Of a stretch of 64,000 bases of DNA, positions 57,795 to 64,000 are shown piece by piece. Origin of the DNA: Frankiaceae bacterium (GTDB lineage: Bacteria; Actinomycetota; Actinomycetes; BP-191); contig DATMES010000062.1 of the NCBI GenBank assembly GCA_035556555.1, positions 1,426-65,425 of the forward strand, written 5' to 3'. The position numbers and the translations under genes are program-made. The first letter of the stretch is position 1, and the number at the start of each line of letters is the position of its first letter. Under the pieces are notes generated by a model. The model made no database searches and was not told where the DNA came from. It was given only the letters and a program-made list of their open reading frames with translations.

Positions 57795-59074
57795 GCCGCG
57801 CGACCGTCGTCATCGTCAACTGGAACGGCGCCCACCTCCTCGGCCCCTGCCTCGACGCCGTCGCGAAGCAGGACATCGACGACTTCGAGACGTGGGTCGC
57901 CGACAACGCCTCCTCGGACGACTCGGTCGCCATGCTGCGCCGCGACTACCCGTGGGTGCGCGTCATCGAGACCGGCGCCAACCTCGGCTTCGCCGGCGGC
58001 AACAACGCCGCGCTGCGCGAGGTCACGACGCCGTACGCCGTCCTCCTCAACAACGACGCCGTCCCCGAGCCCACCTGGCTCTCGCGCACGCTCGCCGCGC
58101 TCGACGCGCACCCCGAGGCCGGGTGCGTGACGCCGAAGATCGTGTTCCTGCCGCGCTTCGTGCCCGTGACGCTGTCGACCGACGGCTTCGTCCCTGGGCC
58201 CCAGGACACCCGCGAGCTCGGCGTACGCATCTACGGCGTCTCCGGCACCGAGGGCAAGCCGCTCTGGGAACGCCTCACGTACGGCCCCGAGGCGGGCTTC
58301 ACGTGGACGCGTCCGGCGGGCGAGTTCCTGCTGCCCGTCGGCGACGGACCCGTCGGCATCACCTGGGCGGCCGAGCGCGACAAGGACGTCACGCTGTCGT
58401 GGGACGGCGGGTCGGTGACGCTGCCGGTGACGACGGAGCCGACCGAGGTGACGTTCACCGTCGACGCCCCTCGGGTGGACGTCCTCAACAACGCCGGCGG
58501 CATCGTCTTCGCCGACGGCTACGGCGCCGACCGCGCCTTTCAAGAGGTGGACACCGGCCAGTACGACGCCGCCGACGAGGTCTTCAACTTCTGCGGCAAC
58601 GGCGTCGCGTTCCGCCGCGAGGTGCTCGCCGACGTCGGCCTCTTCGACGACGACTTCTTCCTCTACTACGAGGACACCGACCTGTCGTGGCGGCTGCGGG
58701 CCAAGGGCTGGGCGGTCCGCTACGAGCCCTCCGCCGTGCTCCGCCACCACCACTCGGCGAGCAGCGGCGAGGAGTCGAAGGTCTTCCGCTTCCACGTCGA
58801 CCGCAACCGCCTTCTGCTGCTGACCAAGAACGCCTCGTGGCGCCTCGCCGTGTCGCAGGTCGGCCGCTACCCACTCACGACGGCGTCCATCGCGCTGCGC
58901 GCGGTCAGGTCCGGCAACGCGCGGTCCGCGGCGCGGCCGACGTTGCTGCGGCTGCGGGTCATGGCGTCGTACCTCCGCCTGCTGCCGTCGATGCTCAGGA
59001 AGCGCCGCGCCATCGACAGCTCGCGCACCGTCTCGCGGCGCGACCTCGAACGCTGGCTGGTCCCGCGCGCATGA
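57791..59074 (+). CDS. GT2 glycosyltransferase
   Basis: GTG start overlapping the wzt stop (GTGA). VVIVNWNGAHLL...ADNASSDDS...FLYYEDTDLSWR. Confidence 0.8.
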   Translation: MSRATVVIVNWNGAHLLGPCLDAVAKQDIDDFETWVADNASSDDSVAMLRRDYPWVRVIETGANLGFAGGNNAALREVTTPYAVLLNNDAVPEPTWLSRTLAALDAHPEAGCVTPKIVFLPRFVPVTLSTDGFVPGPQDTRELGVRIYGVSGTEGKPLWERLTYGPEAGFTWTRPAGEFLLPVGDGPVGITWAAERDKDVTLSWDGGSVTLPVTTEPTEVTFTVDAPRVDVLNNAGGIVFADGYGADRAFQEVDTGQYDAADEVFNFCGNGVAFRREVLADVGLFDDDFFLYYEDTDLSWRLRAKGWAVRYEPSAVLRHHHSASSGEESKVFRFHVDRNRLLLLTKNASWRLAVSQVGRYPLTTASIALRAVRSGNARSAARPTLLRLRVMASYLRLLPSMLRKRRAIDSSRTVSRRDLERWLVPRA

Positions 59075-60126
59075 GAGTGGGCATCGACGCCACGCCGCTG
59101 CTCGGGACGCGGACCGGCGTGGGGACGTACGTCGCCGCGCTGCTCGACGCGTTCCTCGACCTCGACGTCACACCGGTGCTGACGGCGTTCACGTGGCGTG
59201 GTGTCGAGGCCCTGCCCGACCACTGGCCGCACGCGCAGCGGCGGTTCTCCGCGCGGGCGTTGCAGGCGGTCTGGTCGCGCGTCGACTGGCCGCCGGCGGA
59301 GTGGCTGTCGGGCCCCGTGGATGTCTTCCACGGCACCAACTTCGTCCTCCCGCCGACCCGCCGCGCGCGCGGCGTCGTGACGATCCACGACCTGACGTAC
59401 GACCACTCCGCCCACGCCGTCACGCCGGCGTCTCTGCGCTACCAGACGCTCGTGCCCCGCGCGCTCGCCAGGGGCGCCGTGGTGACGACGCCGAGCGAGG
59501 CCGTGGCGGAGGAAGTGCGAGACCGGTACGGCCTCGCCCCAGACCGCGTCGTCCCGACGAGGCTGGGCGTCGCGGGGGACTGGTACGGCACGCACCCCAG
59601 GCCCGAGGGGCTGCCCGGCGAGTACGTCCTCTTCGTCGGCAACCGCGAGCCGCGCAAGAACCTGCCGGTCCTCCTCGAGGCGATGAGACGGCTCCCCGAC
59701 GCGCCGCCGCTCGTCCTCGTCGGCCCGCCCGGCTGGGGCCCCGCCGTCGACACGAGCGGGGCGATCACGCCCGGCTACCTGTCCGGGGAGGCGCTGCGGA
59801 GCGCCGTCGCGCATGCGTCCGTCTTCGCGTTCCCCAGCAGGTACGAGGGGTTCGGCCTGCCGCCGCTCGAAGCCCTCGCCACGGGCACGCCCGTCGTCGC
59901 GAGCGACATCCCCGTGCTGCGGGAGGTGCTGGGCGGGCATGCGTCGTACGCCCCCGTGGACGACGCCGACGCGTTCGCCGCCGCCATCGGTGCCGCGCTC
60001 GACGCGGGGGACGGCGGCCCGGCAGGACGCGCCGCACGACGAGCGCACGCCGCGCAGTTCACGTGGGCGCGCTGCGCCCGCGACACGATCTCCGCCTACA
60101 ACCGATCCCTAGGATGCCCCCCGTGA
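59071..60126 (+). CDS. GT4 (GT-B fold) glycosyltransferase
   Basis: ATGA overlap with the previous gene. ...YEGFGLPPLEALATGTPVVASD.... Confidence 0.8.
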   Translation: MRVGIDATPLLGTRTGVGTYVAALLDAFLDLDVTPVLTAFTWRGVEALPDHWPHAQRRFSARALQAVWSRVDWPPAEWLSGPVDVFHGTNFVLPPTRRARGVVTIHDLTYDHSAHAVTPASLRYQTLVPRALARGAVVTTPSEAVAEEVRDRYGLAPDRVVPTRLGVAGDWYGTHPRPEGLPGEYVLFVGNREPRKNLPVLLEAMRRLPDAPPLVLVGPPGWGPAVDTSGAITPGYLSGEALRSAVAHASVFAFPSRYEGFGLPPLEALATGTPVVASDIPVLREVLGGHASYAPVDDADAFAAAIGAALDAGDGGPAGRAARRAHAAQFTWARCARDTISAYNRSLGCPP

Positions 60127-61664
60127 AGCCCCGCCGCGCAGCCGTCTACAACAGGTTCTGGAAGTCCAAGGGCGGCGGCGAACGCCACTCCGGCAAGCTC
60201 GCCGAGGTGCTCGCCGCAGACGGCTGGGAGGTCGACCTGCTCGGCCACTTCGGCGTCACGCGCGACGAGCTCGCGGACCACCTCGGGCTGGACCTGTCGG
60301 GGACGACGTTCCGCGCGGTTCCGGATCGCGGCGACCGCGACATCGAGCGGCTCAGCGCGGAGTACGACCTGTTCGTCAACGCCACCCACATGAGCCGCGT
60401 CAAGGCCAAGGCCGCGACGAACGTGTACCTCTGCTACTTCCCGACGCCGCACGACTTCGACGCCGCGGCGTGGCGCAAGGTCGTGCTGCGGCAGGTCGCG
60501 CCGCGCGTCGCGCGCGGGCTGCCAGGGCGGTTGGAGCACGGCACTGGATGGTACCCGCCGGAGGGCGGGCTGCGGCGTTCGTGGGCGTGGACGCAGGGCG
60601 ACGCCGTCATCTCGCTGCCGCCGGGCCACCACCGGCACCTCACCATGGACCTCGGCCGTCCTGGCGGGCCCGACACCGAGCTGTCGATCCGCGACGAGAC
60701 CGGTGCCGAGCTCGTGAAGGTGAACGTCACGGAGGCGTTCGCGCGACACGACTTCGACTTCGGCACGGCGTCGCACGGCTCCGAGCTGCACCTGGTGTCG
60801 GAGACGTTCTCCCCGGGTCCTCATGACGAACGCGGGCTCGGCGTCGCGGTCAGCCGGCTCCGTCTTGGCGAGGAGAGCGAGAACTGGCGGATGAAGGCCG
60901 TCTTCCGCTTCCCGTGGCTCTTGCTCGACCCGACGGACCTGACGTTCCTCGAGTCGTACGACCGCGTTCTCGCCAACTCGGAGTTCACGCGCGGCTGGAT
61001 CTCGCGGCTGTGGTCGCGGGACTCGGCGGTGCTGTTCCCGCCGATCCAGGTCGGTGACATCGCGCCGGCGCGGGAGCGGACTCCGACGATCATCACGGTC
61101 GGGCGCTTCTTCCGCCCCGGCACCGGCCACGCGAAGCGGCAGCTCGAGATGGTGCGGCAGTTCGGGACGCTGCACACGCGGCTGCCCGGCTGGACGCTGC
61201 ACGTCGTCGGCGGCGTCGAGCCGGCGCACGAGTCGTACCTGCGCGAGGTGCAGGCCGCGGCGCAAGGGCTGCCGGTGGAGATCCACCCGAACGCGCCCCG
61301 CTCCCTCGTCGAACGCCTGCTCGACGAGGCGTCGATCTTCTGGTCGGCGACCGGCCTCGGCGAGAGCGAGGAGAAGGCGCCGTGGAACCAGGAGCACTTC
61401 GGCATGACGACCGTCGAGGCGATGGCGGGCGGCGCGGTGCCCATCGTCATCGACCGCGCCGGGCAGCGCGAGATCGTGCGCGAGGGCGTGGACGGTTTCC
61501 GCTGGTCGACGCGTGAGGAGTGGGCGGAGCAGACCGTCCGCGTGGCGACCGACGACGCGCTGCGCGCGCGGCTCGCGGCGTCGGCGGTGGAACGGGCGGG
61601 CGAGTTCAGCGAGGAGGCGTTCGCCAAGCGCTGGCGCGAGATCGCCGGCGAGCTCGGCCTCTGA
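60114..61664 (+). CDS. GT4-like (GT-B) glycosyltransferase with ~250-aa N-terminal extra domain
   Basis: ATG 60114 (or GTG 60123 overlapping the stop as GTGA). C-terminal ...EHFGMTTVEAMAGGAVPIV.... Confidence 0.7.
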   Translation: MPPVKPRRAAVYNRFWKSKGGGERHSGKLAEVLAADGWEVDLLGHFGVTRDELADHLGLDLSGTTFRAVPDRGDRDIERLSAEYDLFVNATHMSRVKAKAATNVYLCYFPTPHDFDAAAWRKVVLRQVAPRVARGLPGRLEHGTGWYPPEGGLRRSWAWTQGDAVISLPPGHHRHLTMDLGRPGGPDTELSIRDETGAELVKVNVTEAFARHDFDFGTASHGSELHLVSETFSPGPHDERGLGVAVSRLRLGEESENWRMKAVFRFPWLLLDPTDLTFLESYDRVLANSEFTRGWISRLWSRDSAVLFPPIQVGDIAPARERTPTIITVGRFFRPGTGHAKRQLEMVRQFGTLHTRLPGWTLHVVGGVEPAHESYLREVQAAAQGLPVEIHPNAPRSLVERLLDEASIFWSATGLGESEEKAPWNQEHFGMTTVEAMAGGAVPIVIDRAGQREIVREGVDGFRWSTREEWAEQTVRVATDDALRARLAASAVERAGEFSEEAFAKRWREIAGELGL

Positions 61665-61702
61665 CCGGGGTCGCCCTGCTCTCGATCTCTGCAGTTCCCA
61701 CG

Positions 61703-61735
61703 CCGGTCTCGCGCGTGGTGATCTTCAAAGAACGG
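61703..61735. repeat. 33-bp T-element copy ccggtctcgcgcgtggtgatcttcaaagaacgg
   Basis: Matches 55490-55522 (reverse complement) and 44023-44055. Confidence 0.65.
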
Positions 61736-61746
61736 GGCCGCGGCGA

Positions 61747-64000
61747 CTACTTCAGCACGCCGCCGTACGACGTCACGGCGTTGAGCTCGCCCGCCACCAC
61801 CGGCTGCGGGGTCACGAGGTTGAGGCCGAGGCGGCGCGCCACGGTCGCGGTCACCGAACGCCGCACCCCGCGCGCCACCATCCAGCGCACGTTGTCGGGC
61901 GTGACGACGTACGCGCCCGTCGGCACCGACGCCGCGGGCCCCACCGGCAGCGCGAGGTCGGCCGCCGTCGCGGGCGAGGCAGGACGACCGCGGTACGTCA
62001 TCCGCAGCGACGCCGCCACCGGCCGCCGCATGCTCGCGTCGACCAGCCAGACGCCGGTGCCGTCGGTGACGAGCGAGCCCGCCGGGTGCATCGCGGCGTT
62101 CGCGAGAGCAGAAGAAGGCGGCAGCGGGCCGAAGTCCCCGGCCTCCAGGACCGGGAGCGCCACACCGCCGTACAGCGCGGCCGCGACACCCGGCGACAAC
62201 GTCACCAGGCGGCCGTTGTCGACGACGCGCACGGTGCCGTCGGCGCCGCGACCGGCGATGCCCGACCCCGGCAGCCAGCGCGGCGCGAGGAGCGACGACA
62301 CCTCGCCGGTGAGCGCCGCGACCGGCGTCCGCGGGTCGGTCGGGACGAGCGAGGCGGGCACCGTGCGCTTGGAGGTGCCGAGGACCTCGAGGTACGACGA
62401 GCCGTTGCGCAGGAGCGTGCCGCTGGGGTGCCGCTCCTTGCCGAGCGGCGCGCCCACGACCAGCGCCGCGAGGTCGTCGGAGGTGGCAATGGGGGCGGTG
62501 TTGACGGCGTAGCCGAGCACGCCGCCGTCGGTCAGCATCCGGAACGCCCCGTCGCTCACGACGCCCGCGCCCGAGGCGTGCCGCAGGACGGTGCCCTCCG
62601 GCGGCGCGAGCGGCGCGCCGAGCGGCAGCGCGAGGTCACCCGGCAGCGCGAGCGGCGCCGCGAAGCCCTTCGACCAGCGAGCCCGCGACGCGGGCGAGGT
62701 GAACGGGCGCCGTACCCCCGACTCGATCCGCCACGCGGCACCGTCGGCGCCGCGCACGACCTGGCCGTCCGGGTGCCGCGTGGTGTCGCGCCAGGCAGGC
62801 CCGGGCGGCGCCCCCGCGACGACCGTGGACGGCAGCGTCACCGGCGCTGTCAGGCCCAGAGCCGAGATCGTGGAGGAGCCGATGGGACGGCGGAAGCCGT
62901 CGACGACGACGTACGTCGCCCCGCTCGCCGCCGCCTTGACGAACAGCCCGTCCCGCGGCGGCGCGGACACGCCCTTCATCGTCGCGCGCTGCCCGGGGAA
63001 CGACACGAGCGGCGGCATCGGACGCAGCGCGGACGCGAGCGGCGACGACACGATGCCGAGACCGCCGTTCTCGACGAAGACGTTCGTGTCCTGGGTCGAG
63101 TAGCGGACCGACGAGCCGTCGGGCAGCGGCGAGGCGACCTTGACGCGGACGGTGTACGGCTTGGCGCGGGTGCGCGCGGTCCAGCTGTTCAGCGTCAGCG
63201 TGTACGTGTCCGGCGTCACGAGGTTGCCGGCCTTGTCCTTGAGGTTCCAGGTCGCGGTGATGGCGTTGGAGGAGCCGCTGCCGCTGACCTGGCGCACGAT
63301 CGAGCCCGAGCGCGCGTTGCGCACGTCGAGCCGCCACGCCTGCGCCACAGGCGTTCCCGCCTTCACCGACACGCTCGGCGTCGTCAGGTACATCGCGCTG
63401 CTCGTCGTCACCGACGGGTAGTAGAGCGACGCGCCCATGTACGACTTGATCGCCGAGCGGATCGTCGACAGCCGGTTGTACGTCGCCTGCCCGGGGCACG
63501 ACGTGAGGCCCGCGTCGCGGTGGCCGGAGACGTTGTTCAACGTCACCGTCGCGCCCTCGGGGTACTTCGTGCCGCCGCGCGACGTCATCGTCGTACGGCC
63601 GAGCGGGTTGACGTAGTGGAGGCCGAGCTTCCAGGCGAAGAGGCGCTCCAGCGCGCCGAGCTGCGCCGACGACGGCGCGGTGGACGTGTAGTTGCCGAGC
63701 AGCGAGCCGGCGAACGTGTCGGTGTTGAAGCCGCCCGTGTGCGCGCCGATGACCGGTCTGTCGACGCCGCCGTAGCGGCCCTCGAAGATGCGGCCGTACT
63801 TGTCGACGAGGAAGTTGTAGCCGATGTCGCTCCACCCGCGGCTGCGCGTGTGGAAGGCGTAGACGCTGCGCACCAGCGCCGCCGCGCCGGCCATCGTGTA
63901 CGAGTTCGACGAGTCGGTGTGGTGGACGAAGCCCATCTTGATCGTGTCGCCGTAGTCGGGCGACCCGTCGCGCAGCGACTCGTCGGCGCCCCACTGCGCG
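61747..64000 (-). CDS. N-acetylmuramoyl-L-alanine amidase (Amidase_2/PGRP domain) with FN3/Ig-like and tandem ~45-aa putative cell-wall-binding repeats (partial; 5' end beyond window)
   Basis: ...MGFVHHTDS...DIGYNFLVDKYGRIFEGR...GHRD...C is the PGRP/Amidase_2 zinc-site pattern. The reading frame continues past 64000. Confidence 0.8.
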   Translation of the reverse strand, partial: AQWGADESLRDGSPDYGDTIKMGFVHHTDSSNSYTMAGAAALVRSVYAFHTRSRGWSDIGYNFLVDKYGRIFEGRYGGVDRPVIGAHTGGFNTDTFAGSLLGNYTSTAPSSAQLGALERLFAWKLGLHYVNPLGRTTMTSRGGTKYPEGATVTLNNVSGHRDAGLTSCPGQATYNRLSTIRSAIKSYMGASLYYPSVTTSSAMYLTTPSVSVKAGTPVAQAWRLDVRNARSGSIVRQVSGSGSSNAITATWNLKDKAGNLVTPDTYTLTLNSWTARTRAKPYTVRVKVASPLPDGSSVRYSTQDTNVFVENGGLGIVSSPLASALRPMPPLVSFPGQRATMKGVSAPPRDGLFVKAAASGATYVVVDGFRRPIGSSTISALGLTAPVTLPSTVVAGAPPGPAWRDTTRHPDGQVVRGADGAAWRIESGVRRPFTSPASRARWSKGFAAPLALPGDLALPLGAPLAPPEGTVLRHASGAGVVSDGAFRMLTDGGVLGYAVNTAPIATSDDLAALVVGAPLGKERHPSGTLLRNGSSYLEVLGTSKRTVPASLVPTDPRTPVAALTGEVSSLLAPRWLPGSGIAGRGADGTVRVVDNGRLVTLSPGVAAALYGGVALPVLEAGDFGPLPPSSALANAAMHPAGSLVTDGTGVWLVDASMRRPVAASLRMTYRGRPASPATAADLALPVGPAASVPTGAYVVTPDNVRWMVARGVRRSVTATVARRLGLNLVTPQPVVAGELNAVTSYGGVLK

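Overview
High-GC (about 70%+) actinobacterial chromosomal segment with genes on both strands and short intergenic gaps. The tool ORF track contains many long wrong-frame 'mirror' ORFs, so I re-read the frames myself.

Layout, in order:
(1) 1-7503 (-): the N-terminal ~2500 aa of a giant secreted Rhs/YD-repeat protein. It has a signal peptide, three ~95-aa actinobacterial beta-repeats, fibronectin type III (FN3) domains, two laminin-G/concanavalin-like (LamG) lectin domains, a right-handed beta-helix and then YD repeats that run off the window. The presumed C-terminal toxin domain and any immunity gene lie outside the window.
(2) 7.5-18 kb: a secreted class-2 lipase with a long C-terminal extension, an unlisted 48-aa ORF whose N-terminus reads like a double-glycine (GG/GA) bacteriocin/RiPP leader, a SpoIIM-like/RDD membrane-protein pair, adenosylhomocysteinase divergent from a MerR regulator with a perfect 18-bp palindrome between them, a TfoX-N protein, a short-chain dehydrogenase/reductase (SDR), a GNAT acetyltransferase, a frameshifted SGNH/GDSL hydrolase and a cation-diffusion-facilitator (CDF) transporter.
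(3) 18-45 kb: a conserved actinobacterial core block that by eye (from memory) appears syntenic with the M. tuberculosis Rv3256c-Rv3265c neighbourhood. It carries a SIS-domain isomerase, Trm112, phosphomannomutase, DUF3499, a conserved hypothetical, whiB2-like whiB, the F420 genes fbiC, fbiA and fbiB, an AlkA-like glycosylase, DUF3105, GDP-mannose pyrophosphorylase and a WbbL-like GT2. Interrupting it are lineage-specific inserts: a DUF5719-like secreted protein plus a 1071-aa GT2-membrane fusion, an 861-aa coiled-coil protein with PEPEPAPEP and AKP (HU/H1-like) repeat tails, an ECF sigma/anti-sigma pair, a pentapeptide-DinB protein, a LAXTG sortase-E substrate, and a translationally coupled two-gene module (PD-(D/E)xK-like + wHTH protein, then a nucleotidyltransferase-like protein) preceded by a four-half-site operator. 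That module sits where Mtb has a methylase gene.
(4) 44-64 kb: an ABC-transporter-dependent cell-wall polysaccharide cluster. It contains manC, one WbbL-like GT2, two further GT2s, four GT4s, Wzm/Wzt, an LPG-synthase-TM-like flippase candidate and a GT-C-like membrane protein. Physically interleaved with it are a 954-aa SpoIID/LytB protein and a large Amidase_2 (PGRP-type) peptidoglycan amidase.

The most unusual sequence-level signal is a family of intergenic repeat elements that share a GGTGATC core. There is a 16-bp-arm hairpin at four loci, a ~55-bp conserved module at three loci, a 33-bp element at three loci, and a 27-bp terminal-inverted-repeat pair bounding a composite at 43.87-44.21 kb.

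I found no tRNA, rRNA or CRISPR array. All similarity statements are by-eye motif recognition and have not been searched against any database.
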